From a virus (taxonomy: Duplodnaviria; Caudoviricetes), in IMG/VR virus record IMGVR_UViG_3300024325_000006, positions 1 to 41,577 of that record: a DNA stretch of 41,577 bases. One strand, given 5' to 3'. This document shows positions 9,148-17,955 of the stretch, in pieces (the stretch's first letter is position 1; each line of letters opens with the position of its first letter). A program made the translations under genes and the position numbers. The notes under the pieces were generated by a model. It was not told where the DNA came from. It saw nothing but the letters and a program-made list of their open reading frames with translations, and ran no database searches.

Positions 9148-9791
9148 TGGCTATCGTTGGCCCAGGTGCAGCTCAAGAGCAAGAACTAGATATTAAACCT
9201 TTGCTCGAAGGTGCGAGCGAGTATGAGTATGTTACCATTCTGAACCCCTTAACCGATGACTTTGCAGTTAGGGTTGCACAGGATATACCGGTAAATGTGC
9301 CTTACACGGCAAAGACCCAAGAAGGAACAATTATAGATGAGGGACAATTAGGATCGGTTTTTGGTGCCTCTTTGAGGAACAAGGACTTTAAGGGGCGTAG
9401 ACATGTATTTATGGATACGATCATTGAAGCTGGTAAAACTATTATTTTAAAGGGCAGTGAGGCTCAGGTGGCGGTTAGACAACTTGTTAATGAAATATTG
9501 CAGCGAGAGGGGCACTCACGTCTTATGGCCGATCCTACGCTGCGTAAACAGGTGGAAGAACGCATTATCCAGAGTAGAGGACCAATACAAGATCTTATGG
9601 ACAGGTCTATACAGACTCCCCGAAATCAGATAGATGAAGCAATAAGCAGATCGAATGAGGCACGAGATGAAGAAGCCTTCCCCGAACTTAGACAAGAAGC
9701 TGGAGGCGCAGCGACAGAAGTTGCTAATACTTCAAGCGGAAGTCAAGAACAGCGAAGACCAGTGGGCCGTCCAAAAAAAGCAAATAGCTGA
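9147..9791 (+). CDS. Hypothetical protein
   Basis: GAGGAGG RBS, coupled start/stop; C-terminal GRPKK. Confidence 0.7.
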   Translation: MAIVGPGAAQEQELDIKPLLEGASEYEYVTILNPLTDDFAVRVAQDIPVNVPYTAKTQEGTIIDEGQLGSVFGASLRNKDFKGRRHVFMDTIIEAGKTIILKGSEAQVAVRQLVNEILQREGHSRLMADPTLRKQVEERIIQSRGPIQDLMDRSIQTPRNQIDEAISRSNEARDEEAFPELRQEAGGAATEVANTSSGSQEQRRPVGRPKKANS

Positions 9792-10443
9792 GGACACTCG
9801 AGTAACAATCGAGACTTCTAGGAAAGCGCTTGTTGATGCTACTGTAGAAGCCAAGGCTCAACTTGACACGCTTTGGAAGCAGATAGAGAGCGGGCGTCAA
9901 CAATTCGAGGCCCTCAAGAAAGAGCAGACTGCCGAGATAGTTGCCCTTGATCAGTCCATTAGTGATCTTGAGCATGAGCAAAAGGTCCTGTCCCATACCA
10001 ATGCTACTCTCATGGATGACAATCGTGCTCTTGAAAGCGACATATCTGTTAGACAAGAGAGAGTTGATGAGCTCAAAACGACTAACGAGAAGCTATCCGT
10101 TAACATAGCTGAACTGAATGTCCAGCAAGAACAAGTTGAGGATAAATTGGTGCACTGCCAATTGCAGCTTAAGGCCATTAAAGAGGAAATTCAACGTTTA
10201 GAGAGCCATATCGAGACCCAAACAGAGCAATTTAACAAAGATATAGCTATTTTGGAGCAGCGGAAAGAGTCTTTGACTCAAGAAATAGTCGAAAACCGCA
10301 TCAACGATGATAAAGTACGAGAGAACCTCGCCACGTGGTCTGCGAAGCTGAACGAATTAGACAAGAATCTTCGTATTAGAGAAGCAAAAGTCAGCGAGCA
10401 GGAAAAATCGATCGTAAGGAACTATAATTTGCTCCACACATGA
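9655..10443 (+). CDS. Coiled-coil protein (start uncertain)
   Basis: Heptad-rich 262-aa ORF. Confidence 0.65.
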   Translation: MRHEMKKPSPNLDKKLEAQRQKLLILQAEVKNSEDQWAVQKKQIAEDTRVTIETSRKALVDATVEAKAQLDTLWKQIESGRQQFEALKKEQTAEIVALDQSISDLEHEQKVLSHTNATLMDDNRALESDISVRQERVDELKTTNEKLSVNIAELNVQQEQVEDKLVHCQLQLKAIKEEIQRLESHIETQTEQFNKDIAILEQRKESLTQEIVENRINDDKVRENLATWSAKLNELDKNLRIREAKVSEQEKSIVRNYNLLHT

Positions 10444-10483
10444 TACAATTAACCCTAGGATAGCCCTGTAACTGGGGCTTTTT
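10441..10483 (+). promoter_or_regulatory. Late promoter + leader terminator hairpin, copy 3
   Basis: TGATACAAT-N7-AGGATAGCCCT-GTAACT-GGGGCTTTTT. Confidence 0.8.
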
Positions 10484-10491
10484 ATATTATC

Positions 10492-10782
10492 ATGGCAGGA
10501 AGAGGCTCCCAATCCCCGAATCAGCGTGAAGGTCTCAGTGCTATATCGAGTATTACTGGCGATAATGAATATGTCTATAGTACTGATCATGCACTCAATG
10601 TTACCATAGATGGCTCACTCATAACTGAGCCTTTCGATTATATTAGTGGTTCATATCCCAACTCGACTACAGAGGTTTATACCTACAAATTAGGGGGTTC
10701 AGGTGGTGTCACTGTGGCCACAGTGACAGTAGTGTATGTCGATTCCACCAAAGAAGAAATAAGCTCAGTGACAAAGGTATAG
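10492..10782 (+). CDS. Hypothetical virion protein
   Basis: First ORF of the fibre cluster. Confidence 0.65.
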   Translation: MAGRGSQSPNQREGLSAISSITGDNEYVYSTDHALNVTIDGSLITEPFDYISGSYPNSTTEVYTYKLGGSGGVTVATVTVVYVDSTKEEISSVTKV

Positions 10783-10785
10783 TGT

Positions 10786-12771
10786 ATGGGTTTTCGTTTT
10801 AACCCCATTACTGGACAGCTCGATCTCGTTTCTTCTGGTGGAGGTTCAGGTGTAGGTAATGCTAGTGTCACGGTGGCGGCTTTCGGGAGCACTCTTCCGG
10901 CTGACTTTGTGTGTGCTTCGGCTGCGGGCAATCAAGTAGAGATCAACCAGGCAATAGTTGCTGCAAATGCCTTGCCTACGGGTGGAGTCGTATACCTTCG
11001 TGCTGGCAATTATGTCGTGTCTGGGAACGGGATTGTGCCACTCTCTAACGTGACGCTCGTGGGTGAGTTTGGGGCCACCATACTAAGACATGATGGCAGT
11101 GCAAGCAGCTATACAGGGATTGGTATTCGGCCTGTGATTCATGATAACGGTTCGCCATTCGATAATTTCGGAGTCGAGAACCTCACATTTATAGGTAACA
11201 ACGCTAGCTCTAGCACCTCCTGTTCTATCTATCTGACTGGTAGTAATGACCCTGATAGCCCCGGTGCCCCAATCATCTCTAACTTCTTTATGCATAATGT
11301 TACGATCAAGGACAATACCTCATTACCTATTAGGCTCTTTGGTTTAAGTGGGAAGCTCAACGTACTTGCTTGTGAATTCAACCACAATGCTGATGCTGGA
11401 TTTGGTTGGAATGAAGAGGTTATTTTTATGAGTAATCACTCTATTGATAGTAAAGACAATGGTTTCTCAATCAGTCGAGGTAACCAAAAAGTTATTTGTG
11501 TGGGAAATACAGTGGAGAACCCCACATTTTGGGGTATATGGCTGTCTGGCTTTTCTAATGAGCTAGGCCCCACGGAGCTTGTGTGTAACGGTAACGTGGT
11601 TATAAACTCCAAAAATTCAGGCATTGGCCTTAAGGGCTCTCCAAGCAAAGGTTCGATATGCGGTAACTACATCGATCAAAATCACAATCGCCCTTCGAAC
11701 AGTGATATTGATGGCATACAAATCTATGGAGACAGCAGCATACTACGGGCTAGCCAACTGGCGGTTAGTGGCAATACTATCATCAACGCTGCCCGGGCCG
11801 GTATATCTGTTTCTGATGCCGATAACGTGTCCATAACAGGCAACCTTATCCTTGATCCTGGCACCCAGTTTTTTGCTGATGGGACAACCCCCATCCTATC
11901 AAGTGATACGACGACAAACGCCGGCGTTTTGTCTACCCATCTTAGTAATAACAATATATGGGTGGATGGCAACGCCATATACGACACGCGCACTATTCCT
12001 TTCTGCAATTGGGATATCTGGAAGATACAAAGCACGGCTTCTGGTCTTGTCTCTGGTACCAACTACAGTTTGGGGATGAGAAACCAACGGAACAGTCTTG
12101 AGTTGATAAATATACCTGTTGAAGCTGGTAATCCGGTGGTTTTAGATGTCAACGGCCCAGATACCAACATTGACGTCCAACTGAACATTCAAGGGGCGGG
12201 CCAGTTCATAGTGCATGCCGCGAATGGTGGTGGAGTCAATAGTGAGACGGCCGCTGTTGGTACCAATGCCCAATCAGTATATCGGATGAGCGCTGGTGCA
12301 GCTTCGACGCCTATTGGTCAATTGACTTCTACAAGAATTGATGCCTCAACGAGCTCCATAGTCGCTCTCAGCCCGCTCCAGAATGGCAGCCTGGCTTCAG
12401 TCACCACAGGTGCTCCATTCTATGTGCAGGGCTCTGACAGCGCTAGCAATGCTTGGATAGGTCTAAAAGCCGGTATCGCCTTTAAACGTACTACCGTATC
12501 CGATGTGGGGTACACAGTGAGCCGTGGCGATTACATAGTCGCTTATATCACTCTGACAAGCACTCATACTGTCACATTGCCAGATGCTACGTTGTTAGCC
12601 GGACGCTCGTATATAATCAAAGATGAGAACGGCCTTGTGACAAGTTCAATCAACATTGTCATTGCTACCACTGGTGGCCAGACTATTGACGGTTCATCGA
12701 CCATAACTATCAAAGTGCCATATACAGCCATAGCGGTATATAGTAATGGTACAAACTGGAGCATAATATAA
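10786..12771 (+). CDS. Tailspike/fibre with right-handed beta-helix (pectin lyase-like)
   Basis: GGVVYLRAGNY entry motif and repeated I/V-x-GN-x-I/V rungs. Confidence 0.8.
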   Translation: MGFRFNPITGQLDLVSSGGGSGVGNASVTVAAFGSTLPADFVCASAAGNQVEINQAIVAANALPTGGVVYLRAGNYVVSGNGIVPLSNVTLVGEFGATILRHDGSASSYTGIGIRPVIHDNGSPFDNFGVENLTFIGNNASSSTSCSIYLTGSNDPDSPGAPIISNFFMHNVTIKDNTSLPIRLFGLSGKLNVLACEFNHNADAGFGWNEEVIFMSNHSIDSKDNGFSISRGNQKVICVGNTVENPTFWGIWLSGFSNELGPTELVCNGNVVINSKNSGIGLKGSPSKGSICGNYIDQNHNRPSNSDIDGIQIYGDSSILRASQLAVSGNTIINAARAGISVSDADNVSITGNLILDPGTQFFADGTTPILSSDTTTNAGVLSTHLSNNNIWVDGNAIYDTRTIPFCNWDIWKIQSTASGLVSGTNYSLGMRNQRNSLELINIPVEAGNPVVLDVNGPDTNIDVQLNIQGAGQFIVHAANGGGVNSETAAVGTNAQSVYRMSAGAASTPIGQLTSTRIDASTSSIVALSPLQNGSLASVTTGAPFYVQGSDSASNAWIGLKAGIAFKRTTVSDVGYTVSRGDYIVAYITLTSTHTVTLPDATLLAGRSYIIKDENGLVTSSINIVIATTGGQTIDGSSTITIKVPYTAIAVYSNGTNWSII

Positions 12772-13139
12772 TGACGTACTTCCCCAATAACCCAAATGGA
12801 CAGGCCATAATGGCCAACAGTGCTCCAGTTACAATCGCTAGTGACCAAAGCGCTGTTCCAACTTTTCCTAAATCCTCAACAGCTACTCTCACCAATGTCA
12901 ACAGCTCGGCAACAACTGTGACTGTCCTGGCTTCTAATGCCTCTCGTAAAGGCGCACAGATATTTAACGATTCGACACAGGTACTCTATTTGAAGTTTGG
13001 GGCAACAGCCTCTACGTCATCCTACACCGTGCAGTTGGCAGCATCAGCCTACTATGAAGTCCCAGCTGGCTATACTGGTATCATAGACGGTATATGGGCA
13101 AGTGCTAATGGTGCTGCTCGAGTAACAGAGGAAACATAA
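12771..13139 (+). CDS. Small virion protein
   Basis: Translationally coupled, beta-rich. Confidence 0.6.
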   Translation: MTYFPNNPNGQAIMANSAPVTIASDQSAVPTFPKSSTATLTNVNSSATTVTVLASNASRKGAQIFNDSTQVLYLKFGATASTSSYTVQLAASAYYEVPAGYTGIIDGIWASANGAARVTEET

Positions 13140-13151
13140 CAGAGGATCAAT

Positions 13152-13313
13152 ATGCCACTTTACAACCCACCACTCAAATCTGTCCAAGCATACACACCGA
13201 GCAATGTCACCCCTAATCGTACCTACAACCCTACAACCTCTACCTCTAGCCAGGATAAGCAGACCCTAGGCACACTTATACAAGACCTAAAAACAGCTGG
13301 TCTTTTAAAGTAA
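13152..13313 (+). CDS. 53-aa protein with head-fibre-like C-terminus (not in ORF track)
   Basis: GAGGA RBS; ends LIQDLKTAGLLK. Confidence 0.55.
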   Translation: MPLYNPPLKSVQAYTPSNVTPNRTYNPTTSTSSQDKQTLGTLIQDLKTAGLLK

Positions 13314-13358
13314 ACAGACTAAAATATATCCTAGAGGGGTCCTAATAGAGAGGACCCT

Positions 13359-13889
13359 ATGACAACTGGGGACATCACAGGAAATATTACAATTGGGGCA
13401 AAACAGTGGGTACGCGTCAATGCTACAAACGATGATTTTGAGGCATGTGTTATCTATGATCAGCCAGATTGGAATCAAAGCAACGGTTCGGCCCTCGATT
13501 ACATTAAGAACAAGCCAAGCATTAATCCCCGTTCATTCTCTAATTCTTCTCGATCGCTCAATACTGTTTTCCAGCCTTCGGCCACGAGAGACGCTCAGGT
13601 TAGCTATTCAGTAGATATATCTACGAGTGTTTCTCTATCTGGAGGAGCTGTTGGCACAGTTTTTCTTGAATATGCCGATGATAGTGGTTTCGCTACCAAT
13701 GTAGTTGAAGTTGGTCGCACAGTGAACGGCAATACTGGAACATTGGTGGTCGGTTTAACCTTAAATCAGACTTCTACAGCCCAAGTGAATGGTATGATCC
13801 CAGCAGGTAAGTACGCCCGCATTCGCACGGCGAACACAACGGGAACACCGACGTTTACATTTCGTAGCGCACAAGAGGTATTGCTCTAG
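13359..13889 (+). CDS. Fibre-like protein; RBS sequestered in a hairpin
   Basis: QPDWNQ...DYIKNKP fibre motif; GGGTCCT 13337-13343 pairs AGGACCC 13351-13357. Confidence 0.6.
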   Translation: MTTGDITGNITIGAKQWVRVNATNDDFEACVIYDQPDWNQSNGSALDYIKNKPSINPRSFSNSSRSLNTVFQPSATRDAQVSYSVDISTSVSLSGGAVGTVFLEYADDSGFATNVVEVGRTVNGNTGTLVVGLTLNQTSTAQVNGMIPAGKYARIRTANTTGTPTFTFRSAQEVLL

Positions 13890-13911
13890 AAAAACAGTGA
13901 TATACTAGGCA

Positions 13912-14008
13912 TGTCTCTCACATATAGACCCCTTTGTGAGAGACAAAAGCGTGCGATGCTAGCGGTATAGAAGGGGTCCGCAGAAAATGCATACCGCTAG
14001 TATCACGC
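13912..14008 (+). ncRNA. Two-hairpin kissing-loop RNA candidate
   Basis: TGATATACT 13898-13906; 11-bp and ~18-bp stems; loop segments GACCCCTT and AAGGGGTC are complementary. Confidence 0.6.
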
Positions 14009-14017
14009 CTTATAATT

Positions 14018-14057
14018 TGGTAGAATAAGATCAGGATAGCCCTCTCGAGGGCTTTTT
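14018..14057 (+). promoter_or_regulatory. Late promoter + leader terminator hairpin, copy 4
   Basis: TGGTAGAAT-N6-AGGATAGCCCT-CTCG-AGGGCTTTTT. Confidence 0.8.
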
Positions 14058-14076
14058 ATATTAATAAGGAGATATT

Positions 14077-14403
14077 ATGGCCAACAATAACGCTCCATTG
14101 CCCAGAGACGGTAATCATGAGCCAGTACCTCTTGTACCTTCTCGTACGGCCTTGGCAACTACTGTCGATACAACTATCTCTAGTTCTACTACCGTAACAC
14201 TTAATGCTTCTACCACCTTTATTGAGGTGAATGCCCTCAGCCAAGGAATCTACATGAAGTATGGCGCGACTGTTTCGTCCGCTTCTTTTGATGAATATAT
14301 TCAGGCAGGGTCAGTTCGGCATTACTTTATACCCCAGGGGACCACCCAAGTCTCATTCGTTGAGCAAGCAGCGAGCGGTACATTAATCGTTATCGAGAAG
14401 TAA
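14077..14403 (+). CDS. Small virion protein
   Basis: AAGGAG RBS, beta-rich. Confidence 0.65.
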   Translation: MANNNAPLPRDGNHEPVPLVPSRTALATTVDTTISSSTTVTLNASTTFIEVNALSQGIYMKYGATVSSASFDEYIQAGSVRHYFIPQGTTQVSFVEQAASGTLIVIEK

Positions 14404-14404
14404 G

Positions 14405-15838
14405 ATGGCCAGTCGCTTTTGGGTCGGAGGTACGGGCGCCTGGGATGCTTCCGATACAACGCACTGGGCTTCTAGCTCCGGAGGTGCAGGTGGCCAAACA
14501 GTGCCAGGAGCGTCAGATACGGTGACTTTCGATGGTAGTTCAGGTGGTGGCACCGTAACTGTTAATACCAACTTTAGTGTTGTATCTGTCACTATGGGTG
14601 CTTTTACTGGAACCCTTGACTTTGCTACCAACAATAACAGCCCGACAATGGGATCATTTAGTACTACTGGCTCAGGTACCAGAACTCTCAATATGGGTTC
14701 GGGTATATGGACTCTGACTGGTAACGCCGCAACTATATTGAACATGGACATTACAACTAACTTTACCCTTAACTCAGGTACGTGCGTGATCAATGCTACA
14801 TATTCTGGGAGCACGGGCACGAGGACGTTTTCGTTCCCCGGAGTTGCAAAACCATTGTATGATTTCAAAGTATCTGCCGGGTCAGACACAGTAACAACTA
14901 CGGCTCATACGGTTCAGTTTAATGATGTCAACTTTACTGGTTTTACCGGCACTTGGACCCCAGCATCAATGACCGTAATGGGTAATTTCACTCTTGGAAC
15001 GGGTATGTCCGTGACCACAAACTCGAATGCCACCACCTTTTCTGCGACCTCTGCCAAAAATATCACCATGAACGGTGTGCAATACAATATCCCAATGACT
15101 TTCAATGGAGTAAATGGCTCTTGGACGCTCAAGAGTGATTTAAATCTTGCAGGCGCAACCGCCAGGGCTATAACATTGACCAACGGAACAATTGATGCCG
15201 CAGATAGTGGTAGCAACCACAACGTAACCTGTGGTTCTGTCTCAGCTTCAAATTCAAATACTCGAAGCATTGTTATGGGTAATGGCACTTGGGAGTTGCA
15301 AGGAACAGGTACCGTCTGGACAACAGCTACAACCACTGGGCTTACGATCACACCAGGCACATCCACAATAAAGATTACTGATTCAAGTAACACTAATAAC
15401 ACCTTTGCTGGTGGCTCTACGTTCGGGAATATCTGGTGGGCTCGTGGGGCTAGTACTGCCACCAACACCCTAACAGGAACAAGTACTTTTATTGACTTCA
15501 AAGACACTGGATCGGCAGCTCATACCATCACCTTCCCTAATGTCACGACAACGGTCACCACTTTCACTGTTTCGGGTAGTGTTGGTAATTTGATCACTCT
15601 AGCGCGTACGGGTGGATCGGGCACCTTCACCCTTTCCAAGTCTTCGGGCACGGTGGTTAGGGATTATCTTTCTATCAGCAATTCAACTGCCACTGGTGGT
15701 GCATCTTGGTATGCTGGTGCCAACTCAACAGATGGAGGGGGCAACTCAGGCTGGATATTCTCGGTTCCACAACCTATTATTAGCACGGGTGGCGGGACAA
15801 GTTCGATTTCTAACTTAGCAGCATTGAGGATAGGATAA
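14405..15838 (+). CDS. T/S/G-rich beta-solenoid fibre/adhesin-like protein
   Basis: RFWVGGTGAW start, repeated short strands, GGNSGW near the end. Confidence 0.65.
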   Translation: MASRFWVGGTGAWDASDTTHWASSSGGAGGQTVPGASDTVTFDGSSGGGTVTVNTNFSVVSVTMGAFTGTLDFATNNNSPTMGSFSTTGSGTRTLNMGSGIWTLTGNAATILNMDITTNFTLNSGTCVINATYSGSTGTRTFSFPGVAKPLYDFKVSAGSDTVTTTAHTVQFNDVNFTGFTGTWTPASMTVMGNFTLGTGMSVTTNSNATTFSATSAKNITMNGVQYNIPMTFNGVNGSWTLKSDLNLAGATARAITLTNGTIDAADSGSNHNVTCGSVSASNSNTRSIVMGNGTWELQGTGTVWTTATTTGLTITPGTSTIKITDSSNTNNTFAGGSTFGNIWWARGASTATNTLTGTSTFIDFKDTGSAAHTITFPNVTTTVTTFTVSGSVGNLITLARTGGSGTFTLSKSSGTVVRDYLSISNSTATGGASWYAGANSTDGGGNSGWIFSVPQPIISTGGGTSSISNLAALRIG

Positions 15839-16032
15839 TGTCAGTAGATACCCCGCAAACAGTTTGGCGTGACACAAATGGGCTCACAGAATACGGTAGC
15901 GATGGCCCCAACTACGTCATTGATACAACGGATTTTTACCTAGTAGACCCCAGTGGATTTTATATAACCGATACCGGAGTCACAGCTACCTTAATCCCCG
16001 GAACTGTATGGTCGGAGGATGATTCAGTATGA
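15838..16032 (+). CDS. Hypothetical protein
   Basis: Coupled to neighbours on both sides. Confidence 0.6.
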   Translation: MSVDTPQTVWRDTNGLTEYGSDGPNYVIDTTDFYLVDPSGFYITDTGVTATLIPGTVWSEDDSV

Positions 16033-17021
16033 GCGTTACAGATACCCACGTAATTGGCGATTACACTGCTGCGATAACCATCGACGGCGCAACCCACTTC
16101 CTGCTCATCCAGCCCGGCGGTGCCTCTACGGCTTACAAGAAGATTAGCCGCAATGTTTTGCTTGGGGTTACTGGTCAACCTATGGATATATCTACCAGTC
16201 AGAATGTTACAAATAAGACCTTGGACAACAGTAATATACTGACATTGCGAGACGATCGTTTCACACTTCAGGACAATGTCGATACTACTAAACAGGCACA
16301 ATTTCAACTCTCAGGCATCACCACAGCCACTACGAGAACATATGTACTACCTAACCGAAGTGACACCCTTGTTGATTTAGGAAGCACACAGACACTCACC
16401 AGTAAAACACTCACATCGCCCATTATCACAGGAGGTAGTGTAACTGGTACTACAATCACTACCGATGCCATTGTTGGGCAAAGCGTCGCCAATTCGGGAA
16501 CTGTCTATGGGATGTCCATAACAAGCGCAAAAGTTGGTACCAATGGTGTAGTAACCACTAGCATTACTGATTCTGCTGTGACGCCGGCAAAACTTCTTAC
16601 TGGAACTGGTTCAAGTTGGACATGGCAAAGTTGGACGCCAACATGGACGAATGTGAGTGGTGGTACAACGACATTTGCAAAGTACACACAGATCGGAAAA
16701 ACGATCATCTTTAGGGTTAAATATACCCTTGCTGGCGCTAATGTATCGGGAGCAATTATCTTCTCGACTCCTACAAGTATAAATAGTGATCTTACTACTT
16801 CTTTGACGGATATCGTCACGAGCAGTGCTATGCTTACTGATACAAGTGCGGGATTTTACTTCCCTTCGACAGTTGTGTGGCAGAGTAGCACAACATTAGG
16901 TATATATCCATCCAGTGCCTCCGGTACTTATATGTCTCTTGTAACGGCTAGCTCGACTGTTCCATTCACATGGGCGACTACCGACGTTATAGAAGCGTGG
17001 GGAATATATGAGGCAGCCTGA
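16029..17021 (+). CDS. Tail fibre protein
   Basis: QTLTSKTLTSP repeats, SAVTPAKL, WQSWTP...KYTQIGK tip domain. Confidence 0.7.
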   Translation: MSVTDTHVIGDYTAAITIDGATHFLLIQPGGASTAYKKISRNVLLGVTGQPMDISTSQNVTNKTLDNSNILTLRDDRFTLQDNVDTTKQAQFQLSGITTATTRTYVLPNRSDTLVDLGSTQTLTSKTLTSPIITGGSVTGTTITTDAIVGQSVANSGTVYGMSITSAKVGTNGVVTTSITDSAVTPAKLLTGTGSSWTWQSWTPTWTNVSGGTTTFAKYTQIGKTIIFRVKYTLAGANVSGAIIFSTPTSINSDLTTSLTDIVTSSAMLTDTSAGFYFPSTVVWQSSTTLGIYPSSASGTYMSLVTASSTVPFTWATTDVIEAWGIYEAA

Positions 17022-17948
17022 ATGAGCCTTACTTGGACACAAATGGAGAGAAAGTTCGTACGTTTGGCTCGGGATACTAGTAATGGAGCCCTCGTACAAG
17101 GTCAGGAGGATATGAACACTGGCTATCATATGTTTAACGCTAAGTTCGGACGTTATTACTCACGTAAACAGCAATTTACCGATGTAGTTACCGGCCAGAG
17201 TATTTACCAAACACCTGTAGACAGTATTCGTATCATTGGTATGACGGTTAAGACCGCCGATGGGACCAATACTTATTCACCTCCGATCAAAGAGATACGC
17301 AGTGAGTATGAATGGCGACTTATTAAGACTGTGCCGAACTATTCATCAAGCTGGATTACCTATTACTATGTTCTCGGTAATGACGAGATTGAGGTATGGC
17401 CAGTACCTTCTACGGATATACCTAATGGCATACGCTATTATTATCAGCCGCAGGATCACGACCTATCTGTTGAGGATGTTGTATCAAGTGATCTGTCTCC
17501 AGCTCAGACCTGTGTAATGGTTAATGGCGATGTAACCGTGACAAGCACGGGGAGCACTTTTACAAGCGAAATGGCCGGTCTTTGGTTCAGACTCAATGGA
17601 ATTACTGATTTGACATGGTATGAGATTGTAGACGTCCCTACGTCATCTACATTGACGCTTAAGAGTCCTTTCGTCGGTTTGAGTGGTTCAGGGTTAAACT
17701 TTACTATTGGGCAACTCAGCATTATACCTAATGAGTATCAAGATGCGCCTATTAACTATGCCCTCTATCTTTTCTTTTCAGGAAAAGGAAATGAGCAGAG
17801 GGCCACCTTGCATAAAGGACTTTTTGATACAGCAGTATCAGATGCAGTTTCATCTTATAGCCTCAGTACTGAAGGCAACGTTATTAATGATTCAGATAAT
17901 TACATTAGTCCATGGGTCTTGACACCTTTGCCGGGCATAACTCCATAG
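17022..17948 (+). CDS. Head-tail adaptor-like protein
   Basis: IEVWPVP...YYY and IPNEYQDA motifs; precedes large beta-rich tail protein. Confidence 0.6.
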   Translation: MSLTWTQMERKFVRLARDTSNGALVQGQEDMNTGYHMFNAKFGRYYSRKQQFTDVVTGQSIYQTPVDSIRIIGMTVKTADGTNTYSPPIKEIRSEYEWRLIKTVPNYSSSWITYYYVLGNDEIEVWPVPSTDIPNGIRYYYQPQDHDLSVEDVVSSDLSPAQTCVMVNGDVTVTSTGSTFTSEMAGLWFRLNGITDLTWYEIVDVPTSSTLTLKSPFVGLSGSGLNFTIGQLSIIPNEYQDAPINYALYLFFSGKGNEQRATLHKGLFDTAVSDAVSSYSLSTEGNVINDSDNYISPWVLTPLPGITP

Positions 17949-17955
17949 GTTGCAT

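Noticed and set aside
9655-9791. Programmed frameshift between overlapping ORFs 9147-9791 and 9655-10443
   Set aside because: Only an A-run near 9773-9779; independent ATG starts exist and no supporting structure was seen
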